Shown: positions 30,273 to 41,228, counted from the stretch's first letter. The stretch is DNA of 64,000 nt from an uncultured Hyphomicrobiales bacterium (GCA_964454975.1 CAYVVD010000001.1:131658-195657); one strand, 5' to 3'. A program made the numbers and translations. The notes: generated by a model from the letters alone, not told the origin.

Positions 30273-31807
30273 CAAATATCAAGCTCGTTGATTAATGTAT
30301 GGACACCATTCTTGCGGGTTTTATCAAACAGGTTTAGCTCAAGTGCAAATATGGAACCGACTCCAACCGAACTCCGGACTGTGATATTTCCATTCATCAA
30401 TTCCATGTATTTCTTTGTTATTGTAAGACCGAGGCCTGCCCCTTCGTAGTGCCGTGCTATACCGTCGCTTCCCTGCACAAACTCTTCGAATATTTCCAGC
30501 AGTTTTTCAACAGGTATTCCGATTCCCGAGTCTTTTATCTCTACAAGGTATTTAGACTGCTCTTTGTGGTTTTTAATCCTGGTTCTGATGCTTATCTCAC
30601 CCTTATCTGTAAACTTCACTGCATTTTGAATTAAATTGGAGAAACACTTTTTGAATAGCCTTTCATCACCCAATGCAGACTTCCCTTCACATTCATTTAT
30701 TAACTTAAGCTCCAGGCCTTTATTTTCAACTTCGTATTTATAGAATTCCAATACATTATTAATTAGCTCAACCGGGTCAATTGGGCTGAGTTTTAATTTA
30801 AAAATATCAAATTCCATGTCGGATAATTCAAGAATTTTGTTTAACGTATCCATCAAACGTTTGCCGCTATTATAAATCATACTTGCCATTTCTCTGATTT
30901 CATTGCTTTTTGAATCGCTTTCTATAAGCTGTGCAAAACCAAGGATACCAACCATTGGCGTCCTTAGTTCATGGCTCATATTTGAAAAGAAGTTGCTTTT
31001 TATTCTGTTCAGGCGTTCTCTTTCTTCAAGTGTTTTTCTCTGAATTTCCAAAGTTTTAATCCTCTCGGTAATATCCATTACGATACCGGAAATAATTTCA
31101 TCATTGCCAAGTGTGATATTCGCCAGTAGACTAAGCACATCGCCGGACTTTGTTACGCAATTAATCTCTAAATTTTCGACTATTTTTTCTTCAAATATCC
31201 GTTTTAATACCTGTTCCCTTTCTATTGGGTTGGAATATGCATCAGCTATACTGAAATTCTTTGCGTCTTCCTTATTGTACCCGAACATCTTAAGCAATGC
31301 ATTATTGGCAAATATCAAATCTCCATTATAATTTGTTTTATAAACACCAATTTTTGCATTGTTTACCAGGTTTCTGAAATTATGCTCACTTTCAGAAAGC
31401 TTCTCTATAGCGTTGTCTTTTTCGAGCCTGTCAATATAGGCTTTGTATTCTCTTTGGATTACAAGAGGAAGTTTAAGGATGTTGCTTTTCAGAATTATGT
31501 CGTCAGCGCCGGCTTTCATTATCTCTACAGTCTTTTCATTGCCCAATGTACCCGTGAGTATAACAAAAGGTTTTTCCGGGCATGCTGATTTTAAATCATT
31601 TAGTGCGTCGAGGCCTGTATAACCCTGGAGCTTGTAATTTGAAAGAACCAGATCAAAGCTGTCCGTGTTCCGGAGATAATGCTTATACTCCTGCCCGGTT
31701 TTTGCCCAGAAAAGCTCGTAAATTGCATCCTCTTTTTTCAGCAGGGCTTCAACAAGCAAGTAGTCAGCCCTGCTGTCTTCGAGAAAAATTATTTTTATAT
31801 TGTACAT
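30269..31807 (-). CDS. hybrid receiver-PAS-histidine kinase; its receiver has Asn at the phospho-acceptor position
   Basis: N-terminal REC (FDLVLSNYKLQGYTG), PAS, HisKA (NMSHELRTPMVGILGF), HATPase_c (GAGLGLTI). Confidence 0.8.
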   Translation of the reverse strand: MYNIKIIFLEDSRADYLLVEALLKKEDAIYELFWAKTGQEYKHYLRNTDSFDLVLSNYKLQGYTGLDALNDLKSACPEKPFVILTGTLGNEKTVEIMKAGADDIILKSNILKLPLVIQREYKAYIDRLEKDNAIEKLSESEHNFRNLVNNAKIGVYKTNYNGDLIFANNALLKMFGYNKEDAKNFSIADAYSNPIEREQVLKRIFEEKIVENLEINCVTKSGDVLSLLANITLGNDEIISGIVMDITERIKTLEIQRKTLEERERLNRIKSNFFSNMSHELRTPMVGILGFAQLIESDSKSNEIREMASMIYNSGKRLMDTLNKILELSDMEFDIFKLKLSPIDPVELINNVLEFYKYEVENKGLELKLINECEGKSALGDERLFKKCFSNLIQNAVKFTDKGEISIRTRIKNHKEQSKYLVEIKDSGIGIPVEKLLEIFEEFVQGSDGIARHYEGAGLGLTITKKYMELMNGNITVRSSVGVGSIFALELNLFDKTRKNGVHTLINELDIC

Positions 31808-31955
31808 TTATTTGCGTTTATAATTATTCAAATCTTTCAAATGCAATTTAGTCCAGGCAGGGATATTAAAAAGTAGGTAAAGTTATGATTAGTATGTAGA
31901 GAAAATTACTACAAGTAATGGGCAGATAATCTATTGATTTTAGTTGATTTATATC

Positions 31956-32591
31956 TCAAATAGCAATGAGTTTATTGCGGAGTGCATAAAAAACAATCTC
32001 GAAGTTGGAATGTAAGTTCATTTTTTCGAAAACACGTTGTTTGTATGTATTGACAGTACTCTGACTGATTGACAAATCTTCGGAAATTTCCCTGATTGTT
32101 TTGCCCGAGGCGATCATCAGGAAAATCTGGTATTCACGTTCAGATAATAATTCATGTTGTTTTTTCCGAGAATCTGCCCCGATTTTATCGGCGATGATTG
32201 CTGCGAATCCTGGAGTGATATATTTTTTCCCCGATGCTACCTGGTAAATGGCAAATATTACATCTTCCGGGTTGGATTCCTTTGTAATATAGCCCCAGGC
32301 ACCGAGTTTGAAAGCACGCTCAGCGTATATACGTTCCGGGTGCATCGTCAGAAAAACTATTTTACAATTCAATCCGGCTGCTTTAATGTCTTTAAGCAAC
32401 TCAAGTCCATCTCTGTCAGGAAGGCTTATATCAAGAAGTGCTACATCGCAAGCGCTTTTTTTTACCCCGTCAAATACTTCGCCTCCGCTCCCTGCCTCGC
32501 CAACTACCTCTATGTCAAGCTCTGATTCTATTACCTTACGGAGCCCTTCGCGGACAAAGAAATGATCATCAGCTATAAATACTTTAATCAT
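31956..32591 (-). CDS. NarL/LuxR-family response regulator
   Basis: REC (IADDH; DVALLDISLPDRDG) plus a C-terminal LuxR HTH (LSEREYQIFLMIASGKTIREISEDLSISQSTVNTYKQRVFEK). It is the likely partner of the HisKA_3 kinase. Confidence 0.85.
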   Translation of the reverse strand: MIKVFIADDHFFVREGLRKVIESELDIEVVGEAGSGGEVFDGVKKSACDVALLDISLPDRDGLELLKDIKAAGLNCKIVFLTMHPERIYAERAFKLGAWGYITKESNPEDVIFAIYQVASGKKYITPGFAAIIADKIGADSRKKQHELLSEREYQIFLMIASGKTIREISEDLSISQSTVNTYKQRVFEKMNLHSNFEIVFYALRNKLIAI

Positions 32592-32835
32592 ATCCCGTCT
32601 CCGAAATCTTGTATAAGAACATACACAATATATTCATGTTTCACAAGAGGAAAATGAATAATGATTAATATTAAAGAAAAATCAAACATATTGATCGTGG
32701 CATTTTTTATGACATAATTATCATAAGATGTGCTATTTATATATAATTTCAAATACAATAAATTCCAATTACTAATGTAGCATAATACATGCAATAGAGT
32801 TAATAACTACTTCATTATAAAGACAGGGTCATACA

Positions 32836-35085
32836 ATGCAAAAAGTTGAATTCGAGCTTGATGAACAAGAATTGAACAATTGGCTTGAAAATCAATATAT
32901 TGATTCTAAAAGGAGTAAAAATTCAATTCTCGGCGACCTGCTCAAAGCCAGGGATATCATAAAAAAACAACAGGAAGATCTGCAAAAAACAAATAAAGAC
33001 CTTCTTGCATTGACTGTTGAACTGGAAAAGGAACTTGAGAAAAGGAAAAGTACTGAAAAGAAATTATTTGCGCACAATGAGCGCCTTGAGTTGCTGGTTG
33101 ATAAAAGGACAGCTTCATTAAAACAGTTAAACAGTGCTCTGCTTAGGCAAATTGAAGATAAAAGAGAAATTGAAAAAGACTTAATTGAAAACGAGCGCAA
33201 ATTCCGTACACTCTATGATAATTCACCTGATATGTATGTATCTGTTTCTCCCGATGACGCTTCTATTAAGCTATGCAACAAGACACTACTGAAATACACA
33301 GGCTACGAAGCTAAAGAGCTTATCGGGGAATCGGTTTTTTTTATGTATCATGAGTCATGCCTGGACGATGCAAAGGAAGCTTTCAATGAGTTTATTACTA
33401 CAGGAAAAGTAAGAGACAAAGAGCTTAAGCTAAAAAGAAAGGATGGAAGTATTATTGATGTCAGCCTGAATGTTGACTCCGTAAAAGACGAAAACGGGAA
33501 GATACTCTATTCCATGTCTTCCTGGAGGGATATTACAGAGAGATTAAAATCCGAAAAAATAATCAGGGACAATGAGAAAATATTCAAAGCAATTTTTAAA
33601 AATTCACCTTTAGGAATGGCGATTTTGGATACGTCCGGGAAACTATTGTTTGTTAATCCTGCTCTTGTAAATTTTACAGGTTACAGCGATGAGGAACTGA
33701 AATCAATGATATTTACCGAATTTACTCATCCTGAAGACATTAATAAAGATTTGGATAAGTATTTAGAATTGGTTCAAGGTAAAATAAAAAGCTACAAGAT
33801 GGAAAAAAGGTACATTAATAAGAATGGTGAGATTGTCTGGGGGAATTTGAACGTAACCGGTATAAGGGATGATAACGATGATCTGGAGTTTGTCCTGGGG
33901 ATGGCAGAGGATATTACTGAAGTAAAAGAACTTGAAGAAAGCAGAGAATCACTTCTGCATGACTTAAGGGAAAGAAACAAAGAACTGAATTGTTTGTACC
34001 AACTATCAAGGTTGACTTCAGATAGTAAGTTAGGGATTATAGAGGTTCTTAAGAAAACAACTGAAATTATTCCTCCGGCATGGAAATACCCGGAAATAAC
34101 AGAAGTAAAAATCACTTTTGAAGATGTTGAATATAAAACACCGGGATTCCGGGAAAGCAAATGGAAACTTGACAAATCATTTGCAGTAGGCTCAGAAAAC
34201 GAGATTAACATCAAGGTTGTGTACCTAAAAGAAATGCCGGCAATGTATTATGGCCCATTTTTGAAAGAAGAACAAGAACTGATATTGGCACTTGCGAGAA
34301 ACCTGTCACATTATATAGAGAGGAAAAAATACGAGGATAAAGTTCTCAGGCAAAAAGAAATACTCGAGGATTTGGTAGCGAAGCGCACATCTGAATTAAT
34401 TAGAGCAAACAAAGACCTCGAAGAATTCAGCTATTCGGTATCTCATGACCTTCGTGCCCCATTGCGTCACCTAAGCGCTTTTTCGCAAATGCTTGTAGAA
34501 AAGATCTCGGGAATTGCAGACAAGAAAGCACTCCACTATCTGGATATTATTAATAAATCTGCAACAAAGATGGACAGCTTGATTACTGCTATTCTGAATT
34601 TCTCTCGAACAGGCAGAGTAACAATAAATAAATCCCGAATAGACATGAATTCATTAATTAATGAAATAATCCGTGACTTCCAGTTAGACCTAACCGAAAG
34701 GAAAGTAAACTGGATAATCGGTGAACTGCCTGAAATTAATGGAGATACATTGCTGATAAAGCAAGCATTTGTTAACGTAATATCAAACGCAATTAAATAT
34801 ACTTCACTTGAAGAAGTTGCCGAAATAACAATTATAGGAAACTCAAACGGAGATAAAGCGACTATTTCAATTATTGACAATGGTGTAGGCTTTGCTTCCG
34901 AAAACGCAGACAATATTTTTGGAGTTTTTCAAAGGCTGCATGCAGAGGAAGAATTCAATGGGATTGGCATTGGCCTGGCCAATGTTAAGAAAATAATCAC
35001 CAGGCATGGTGGAGATATAACAGGCAAAGGCTCCCCGGGTGAGGGAGCAGAATTCACAATTACATTACCAAATGGAGAAGCTTGA
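32836..35085 (+). CDS. cytoplasmic coiled-coil/PAS sensor histidine kinase (phytochrome-type HisKA)
   Basis: N-terminal coiled coil, two PAS domains and a GAF-like region. HisKA SVSHDLRAPLRHL, HATPase_c (DNGVGF; GIGIGLANVKK). First gene of a six-gene overlapping operon. Confidence 0.8.
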   Translation: MQKVEFELDEQELNNWLENQYIDSKRSKNSILGDLLKARDIIKKQQEDLQKTNKDLLALTVELEKELEKRKSTEKKLFAHNERLELLVDKRTASLKQLNSALLRQIEDKREIEKDLIENERKFRTLYDNSPDMYVSVSPDDASIKLCNKTLLKYTGYEAKELIGESVFFMYHESCLDDAKEAFNEFITTGKVRDKELKLKRKDGSIIDVSLNVDSVKDENGKILYSMSSWRDITERLKSEKIIRDNEKIFKAIFKNSPLGMAILDTSGKLLFVNPALVNFTGYSDEELKSMIFTEFTHPEDINKDLDKYLELVQGKIKSYKMEKRYINKNGEIVWGNLNVTGIRDDNDDLEFVLGMAEDITEVKELEESRESLLHDLRERNKELNCLYQLSRLTSDSKLGIIEVLKKTTEIIPPAWKYPEITEVKITFEDVEYKTPGFRESKWKLDKSFAVGSENEINIKVVYLKEMPAMYYGPFLKEEQELILALARNLSHYIERKKYEDKVLRQKEILEDLVAKRTSELIRANKDLEEFSYSVSHDLRAPLRHLSAFSQMLVEKISGIADKKALHYLDIINKSATKMDSLITAILNFSRTGRVTINKSRIDMNSLINEIIRDFQLDLTERKVNWIIGELPEINGDTLLIKQAFVNVISNAIKYTSLEEVAEITIIGNSNGDKATISIIDNGVGFASENADNIFGVFQRLHAEEEFNGIGIGLANVKKIITRHGGDITGKGSPGEGAEFTITLPNGEA

Positions 35086-35516
35086 TGAAAGAAGATTCCT
35101 GCGTTTTGCTGGTGGATGACGATCCCGGCGATTTGGAACTGATTAAGGAGGTAATAATTGATTACTACCCGGGCGAGGATGTTTTGGCTTTCGAAGATCC
35201 CGAAGAAGCCTTCGAATACTTGCAAAACAAATGGCAAAGGAAAAACAAGAAATGGTTCCTGCTTTGTGATCTTAATATGCCGAAACTAAGCGGTGTGGAC
35301 TTAATCAAAAGACTTCGTAAGGAAGAAAAATTCAATGGAATACCTATTGTAGTGTTCAGTTCTTCGTTCGAAGAACAAGACAAAGAAGAATGCTATAATG
35401 CAGGGGCAAATTCCTATGTTGTAAAGCCCGGAATATTCCCCGATTTTAAAGAAAAGATAAAAAGTATTGGCCAATATTGGGGAGAAATTAACGAACCCCT
35501 TAAAACGGAGATATAG
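35082..35516 (+). CDS. single-domain response regulator (Rcp1-like receiver)
   Basis: REC motifs VLLVDDD; LCDLNMPKLSG; K in VVKP. 4-bp overlap with the upstream kinase. Confidence 0.8.
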   Translation: MMKEDSCVLLVDDDPGDLELIKEVIIDYYPGEDVLAFEDPEEAFEYLQNKWQRKNKKWFLLCDLNMPKLSGVDLIKRLRKEEKFNGIPIVVFSSSFEEQDKEECYNAGANSYVVKPGIFPDFKEKIKSIGQYWGEINEPLKTEI

Positions 35517-35518
35517 TA

Positions 35519-38413
35519 ATGGAAACCCAGGAAATTCCGGATAAATTACGAATCTTAAATCTTGAGGACAGCCCTGCAGACACCGAATTAATAAAGCATG
35601 CTATTGACAGCATGAGCATGGATTACGAATTAATCCGGGTTGATTCAAAGGTAAAATACATTGAGAAATGTAAGGCAGCGGAATTTGATTTAATACTTTC
35701 TGATCACAAGCTGCCGGGGTTTAATGGTATTGAAGCTCTCAAAATTGCCTTAGACCTATGCCCCGGGATACCGTTTATATTTGTATCGGGCACAATCGGA
35801 GAAGAGATTGCTATTGAGGCAATGAAACACGGCGCCACCGATTATATTCTAAAGAAAAATCTTAATAAAATACCGATTGCGATAAAAAGGGCGCTTAAGG
35901 AACTTAAAGAGAATAAAAAAAGAATATTTGCAGAAATGCAACTCGTCCACATTAATAATGTTCTAAATTCAATCAGGAATGTTAACCAGTTAATTGTAAA
36001 AGCGAAAGATAAAATTCAACTTCTTAACGAAGCCGTTAATCTGATAACTGAATACAAAGGCTATAAGCATGCTATTATTGGTTTACTTGGTGAAAATAAT
36101 GAAGTAGTCCATTATAGTTTTTCGGGGTTGGATGAGTATGTCGAAGATTTTAAAAGGGGTAGTGATATTGGACTGTCTTTGTGCTGGGAAAATACCGGAA
36201 AGTATAAAAATAGTGATATCTATTTGCCCGGCAATGAATGTGAATCATGTTGCCTCCACAGTTATTCAAATTCGGGTTACCGTTCGATATCCTCAAGACT
36301 GGAACATGAAGGCAATAACTACGGCTTTATTACAATATCCGTACCAGAAGAATTCATTGATGATGAACAGGAGCTCAGCCTTTTCAGGGAAATGAGAGGA
36401 GATATTGCCTTTGCCATTTATTCGCTTAACCTGAAGGAAGAGCAGGAAAAAGCCTTTTTAATGCTCGAAGAAAGCGAAGAGAAATACCGCAGGTTGGTCG
36501 AAAACATGATGGAGGGAGTAACTGTTGTAGATGTAAACGAGAAAATACTTTTTATTAACGAGACGGCACTGGAGATATTCGGTCATTCACGGGAAAAAAT
36601 GCTCGGCAAGCCTTTAACAGAGTTTACGCCTGAATCTGAGCACAAAATATTACAACAATCAACTAAGGAAAAATTGGAAGGCCAAACCTCGTCCTATTTG
36701 CTCAAGATTAAAAAGAAAAACGATGAAGAAAGGTATCTTAGAGTCAATTCTTCGCCTCTTTTCGAAAAAAACGGTTCTTATTACGGCTCCCTTGGTGTTT
36801 ACCACGATATAACAGAGCCCATTGAATTCCGTGCGAAACTCGAACGTAGTGAGCAAAGATTTAGGAAAATTTTTGAAGATTCTCCTAACGGAATACTAAT
36901 ATTCGATGAAGATGGCAGTTTGATTGACGTAAACAAGGAGTTTTATAACATATTGGGTATTTCACCGGACGAACCGAACGATTTTAATTCTTACAACATT
37001 TTCAATGACACAAATATCGAAGATTTGGAATTGTCCGAATTAAAGCAGGGTGAGAGTATTGTCTTCCAGTTGCATTGCAGCCCTGAATTTGACAGAAATT
37101 GTTTCAACTTAAGTAATTCGGTAAGAAACTTATACCTAAGTGTAAAAGTCACACCACTTGATATTCTCGGTGAAGGCAGGGTAGAAGCATACATGATGAT
37201 AGTGGATGATATTTCAAAACTAAAAGAAACCGAGGTTGATCTAATCCACTCCAAAGAAAGAGCAGAGCGCCTGAACCGCCTTAAATCTATTTTTCTTGCG
37301 AACATGAGCCACGAGATGCGCACGCCTATGGTTGGCATTCTCGGCTTTTCGGAAATATTGCTCAAAGAGGCACAACCGGAGGAAACCAGGGAAATCGCTG
37401 AGATAATCTACAACAGCGGCAAAAGGTTGATGGATACTCTTAATCTTGTGTTGGATTTGACAAAGATAGAATCAGACAAGCAAGAAATGAATATCGAGAT
37501 TGTTAATCCGATGTTTGTAATCATGGATGCAATCAGGCTATATGACAAATTTGCTTTAGAAAAAGGAATTGAACTTACAGCCGAAATTCAGGATGATTCA
37601 CTCCGGTGTGAACTTGATGAGAATATAATATATAAGATAGTTTATAATCTTATTAACAATGCCATTAAATTCACAGACAACGGATATGTTAAGGTTATAC
37701 TTGACAAGGAACTGCAAGGTGATGAATTATGGATGGTAATAAAAGTCGAGGATAGCGGGGTAGGCATAGATGAGGAATATATTGGTGTGATCTTTGATGA
37801 ATTCAGGCAAGTTAGTGAAGGTATAAATCGTTCATATGAAGGAACAGGCCTTGGGCTTACAATTACTAAACACCTCGTTGAAATATTGGGCGGCAATATT
37901 TCGGTTACAAGCAGGCTGGGCAAAGGCTCCACGTTTACAGTAAAATTTAAAGCTATCAACAAAGCAGAGATTAATGAACCAAAAGGTCCTGAACAAAAAG
38001 TAAAAACTAAAATCAATCTTTTGTACAAAGAGGAATCAAGATCGGATTTAAGTATCATGCTTGCTGAAGACGACGAGGTGAACAAAAAACTGATGAATAG
38101 ATACCTGGAAGAATTTGGTGATGTTACTCATGTCTATAATGGAGAGGATGCTTTGAGCCTTACTTCCGCTAATAAATACGATCTCATTATACTCGATATT
38201 AATCTTGGCAAAGGTATTGATGGCGTAGAAACTATGCTGCAAATTAAGAAACAGGGGAATAATCCGAACGCCAGGTATCTTGCTTTGACAGCATATGCGA
38301 TGAAAGGCGACAGTGAGGAATTCCTCGAAGCAGGATTTGATTATTATATTTCCAAGCCATTTTCCAGAAATGATTTTTTAGAATTGGTGAATAAACTCGC
38401 AGAGAAATCATGA
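35519..38413 (+). CDS. hybrid sensor kinase: REC-GAF-PAS-PAS-HisKA-HATPase-REC
   Basis: N-terminal REC (DLILSDHKLPGFNG), HisKA NMSHEMRTPMVGILGF, HATPase (GTGLGLTI) and C-terminal REC (DLIILDINLGKGIDG). Confidence 0.8.
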   Translation: METQEIPDKLRILNLEDSPADTELIKHAIDSMSMDYELIRVDSKVKYIEKCKAAEFDLILSDHKLPGFNGIEALKIALDLCPGIPFIFVSGTIGEEIAIEAMKHGATDYILKKNLNKIPIAIKRALKELKENKKRIFAEMQLVHINNVLNSIRNVNQLIVKAKDKIQLLNEAVNLITEYKGYKHAIIGLLGENNEVVHYSFSGLDEYVEDFKRGSDIGLSLCWENTGKYKNSDIYLPGNECESCCLHSYSNSGYRSISSRLEHEGNNYGFITISVPEEFIDDEQELSLFREMRGDIAFAIYSLNLKEEQEKAFLMLEESEEKYRRLVENMMEGVTVVDVNEKILFINETALEIFGHSREKMLGKPLTEFTPESEHKILQQSTKEKLEGQTSSYLLKIKKKNDEERYLRVNSSPLFEKNGSYYGSLGVYHDITEPIEFRAKLERSEQRFRKIFEDSPNGILIFDEDGSLIDVNKEFYNILGISPDEPNDFNSYNIFNDTNIEDLELSELKQGESIVFQLHCSPEFDRNCFNLSNSVRNLYLSVKVTPLDILGEGRVEAYMMIVDDISKLKETEVDLIHSKERAERLNRLKSIFLANMSHEMRTPMVGILGFSEILLKEAQPEETREIAEIIYNSGKRLMDTLNLVLDLTKIESDKQEMNIEIVNPMFVIMDAIRLYDKFALEKGIELTAEIQDDSLRCELDENIIYKIVYNLINNAIKFTDNGYVKVILDKELQGDELWMVIKVEDSGVGIDEEYIGVIFDEFRQVSEGINRSYEGTGLGLTITKHLVEILGGNISVTSRLGKGSTFTVKFKAINKAEINEPKGPEQKVKTKINLLYKEESRSDLSIMLAEDDEVNKKLMNRYLEEFGDVTHVYNGEDALSLTSANKYDLIILDINLGKGIDGVETMLQIKKQGNNPNARYLALTAYAMKGDSEEFLEAGFDYYISKPFSRNDFLELVNKLAEKS

Positions 38414-40017
38414 GTGAAAAATTGAAAGTATTAATTGTTGACGACCAGGAATATAACCTGCAACTATATTCTCGTATTCTTAAAGCAGAAGGATATGAAA
38501 CTGAAAAAACCACAAATGGTCTCGACGCCATTAAAATACTTGAGGCCGACAGCAGCTTTTCGATTATATTGATGGACATACAGATGTCCGGAATGGACGG
38601 TTTCGAAACAGTTGAAAGGATAAAAAAAATCCCAAAAGCCTGCGATATACCCACTATATTTATAACAGGTATTTTTGAAACAGAAGAATTCAAATTACGC
38701 GGCTTCGATATAGGAGCTTATGATTACTTAATAAAGCCGTTTGAATCAAATGTCCTTATTCGAAAGATAAAGCTTTTTACAACTCTCTATCATCAGAAAC
38801 TTGAACTCGAAAAATACGGGAATGAACTCCGGGCAAGGAATGAAGAACTTGATATTACACTGAAGTCTCTTTCAGAAGGTGTGCTCAGAACAGACCGGGA
38901 GTTTAACGTATTGATGATGAACAGCGCTGCCAAAAATATTTTCGGGATTTTGGAGAGCAAGGACAGCGGCTTTAACTTGATAAGTCTGTTTGAACAACAT
39001 CTTGAGGAGAGATCGATCGTAAAACTGAAAGAATTTATTAATAAAAATGAAACTGAGCAATTAAAGCACCTGAAATTCAACTTGTCAATTAACAACGAAA
39101 AATCAAAAATTATATCTATTAATATTAATATAATCAACACCGAAAATGAAAAAAAATCAGGTTATGTATTTATTATTAGTGATATAACCGGAAAAATTCA
39201 AATCGAGAACCAGCTTGCATTGTCCCAGAAGATGGAATCCGTAGGGCAATTAGCTGCCGGCATAGCTCATGAAATCAATACTCCGATGCAGTTTATCGGC
39301 GACAACACTTACTTCCTTAACGAAGCCTTTGAATCTATAAATAATTATTCAAATTCATTAAGAGATAGCATTAACAAGGAAAGCGACATAGAAAAAATCC
39401 GCTCTGCTGAAGCTGATCTCTGGGAAGAAAATGATATTGAATTTCTTATTGAAGAAGTACCTACTGCAATTGACAGGACGATGAAAGGGGTAGAGCGGGT
39501 ACGCGATATTGTTATGGCTATGAAAAATTTTGCACATCCTTCGGGAAAGAAGAAAATGCCTTCGAATATTAATAAGGGTATCGAAGTTACAGCTACAATA
39601 TCAAAAAATGAATGGAAATATGTTGCAGACCTTGAAACAGAGTTTGATGAAAACATGCCTGCTGTTTATTGTTCGCTCGATGAAATAAACCAGGTCGTAT
39701 TAAATATGATTATTAATGCGGTTCATGCCATTGAAGAGAAGAACGGAAAAGGCGAAAAAGGAAAAATTTCAATCAGGACAAGCCATGTAGAAAAAAGTGC
39801 TTATATTGAAATATCTGACTCCGGCAATGGAATTCAGCCGGATAAGTTATATAGAATTTTTGACCCTTTCTTTACGACAAAGGAAGTCGGAAAGGGTACA
39901 GGCCAGGGTCTTGCAATAGCTCACGATATTATAGTTAATAAGCATAGCGGCAAAATAAGGGTTGATTCTGAAGTCGGGAAAGGCACAAAATTTATAATTG
40001 AGCTTCCGGTTATTTAA
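38410..40017 (+). CDS. receiver-PAS-histidine kinase hybrid
   Basis: REC (ILMDIQMSGMDG), PAS, H-box GIAHEINTPMQFI, HATPase (G1 DSGNGI; G2 GTGQGLAIAHD). Confidence 0.75.
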   Translation: MSEKLKVLIVDDQEYNLQLYSRILKAEGYETEKTTNGLDAIKILEADSSFSIILMDIQMSGMDGFETVERIKKIPKACDIPTIFITGIFETEEFKLRGFDIGAYDYLIKPFESNVLIRKIKLFTTLYHQKLELEKYGNELRARNEELDITLKSLSEGVLRTDREFNVLMMNSAAKNIFGILESKDSGFNLISLFEQHLEERSIVKLKEFINKNETEQLKHLKFNLSINNEKSKIISININIINTENEKKSGYVFIISDITGKIQIENQLALSQKMESVGQLAAGIAHEINTPMQFIGDNTYFLNEAFESINNYSNSLRDSINKESDIEKIRSAEADLWEENDIEFLIEEVPTAIDRTMKGVERVRDIVMAMKNFAHPSGKKKMPSNINKGIEVTATISKNEWKYVADLETEFDENMPAVYCSLDEINQVVLNMIINAVHAIEEKNGKGEKGKISIRTSHVEKSAYIEISDSGNGIQPDKLYRIFDPFFTTKEVGKGTGQGLAIAHDIIVNKHSGKIRVDSEVGKGTKFIIELPVI

Positions 40018-41228
40018 TGAGCGATAAATTAAAAATACTGTTTGTTGATGACGAGAAAGATGTGCTTGACGGTTATATGCGAATGCTTTTTTCCATGCGC
40101 AAAGAATGGGATATGGAATTTGTCCTGAGTGGAAAAGAGGCATTGGAATACCTTGCTAAGCAGGAAACCGATGTTGTAGTTTCTGATATGAAAATGCCCG
40201 AAATGGACGGTACTGAACTGCTCTCGAAAATCAAAGAACATTATCCTAACATAATTAGGTTAATTCTATCAGGCCACCAGGACTTAATCAGGATTGTCAG
40301 CTCTACCAACCTTGCTCACAGGTTTTTATCCAAGCCCTGCAGTACAGAAGTATTGAAGCAAAATATCAGCAATTCCTTTCGTGTAAGAGAGTTGATTAAC
40401 AACCCTCGTCTGGTAAGGCTTATAAACGGAATCGGCGAACTCCCTGTAATCCCCGAAAACTACTTAAAGCTGGACGAACTGCTCAACAGCGAGGATATAT
40501 CTATCGCTGTTATTGCAGATTTTATTTCGGGTGACCCTGCATTAACGGCAAAAATATTACAAACCGTAAACTCCGGCTTTTTTGGACTTCCGCGAAGAAT
40601 TACAGAACTACAGGAGGCTATTGGATTTCTCGGTACTCATATTATCAAATCTCTGGTGCTCTATCTTCAGGCATTTGCTGTTAAGGACTTAGATTATGAG
40701 CAACGCAAGTTTCTACTTAAAATTGGTATGCATTCCCTGCGAGTAGCACAGATTGCCCGCTCGATTTCGCAGTCACAAAAGCTCAATAAGCAGGATTGCA
40801 ATGATGCTTTCACAGCAGGCATTCTGCATGATATAGGCAATTTAATACTATTGCGGGTTTCCGGTTACCTGGATAAAAGAGACAAAATGCTATCTGAAGG
40901 AATCCATATTCTCGATATAGAAGAACGGATAATCGGTGTTACTCACGAATCTGCCGGAGCATACCTGCTGGGAATCTGGGGTATTCCCCAGACGATAGTC
41001 GAGGCGGTTGCTTTCCACCACAAGCCGGAAAAAATTGAAGCAAAAGGATTTAATATTCTCACCGCATTGCACATTGCTAACGCTCTTGCAAATTACACTG
41101 ATGAAGAATATGATATTGAAAAGCTAAATGTTAACTGGGCTTTCTTGCGAAGGCAGGATCTTGAGAAAAATTTACAAGTGTGGTTTGAAAAGTCGCGTAA
41201 ATATTTGAAAGAAGAATCCATGTTTTAG
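40017..41228 (+). CDS. response regulator with an HDOD output domain
   Basis: REC (VVVSDMKMPEMDG) plus HDOD hallmark (AKILQTVNSGFFGLPRRI..L..AI..LG...I..LVL; GILHDIG). Confidence 0.8.
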   Translation: MSDKLKILFVDDEKDVLDGYMRMLFSMRKEWDMEFVLSGKEALEYLAKQETDVVVSDMKMPEMDGTELLSKIKEHYPNIIRLILSGHQDLIRIVSSTNLAHRFLSKPCSTEVLKQNISNSFRVRELINNPRLVRLINGIGELPVIPENYLKLDELLNSEDISIAVIADFISGDPALTAKILQTVNSGFFGLPRRITELQEAIGFLGTHIIKSLVLYLQAFAVKDLDYEQRKFLLKIGMHSLRVAQIARSISQSQKLNKQDCNDAFTAGILHDIGNLILLRVSGYLDKRDKMLSEGIHILDIEERIIGVTHESAGAYLLGIWGIPQTIVEAVAFHHKPEKIEAKGFNILTALHIANALANYTDEEYDIEKLNVNWAFLRRQDLEKNLQVWFEKSRKYLKEESMF

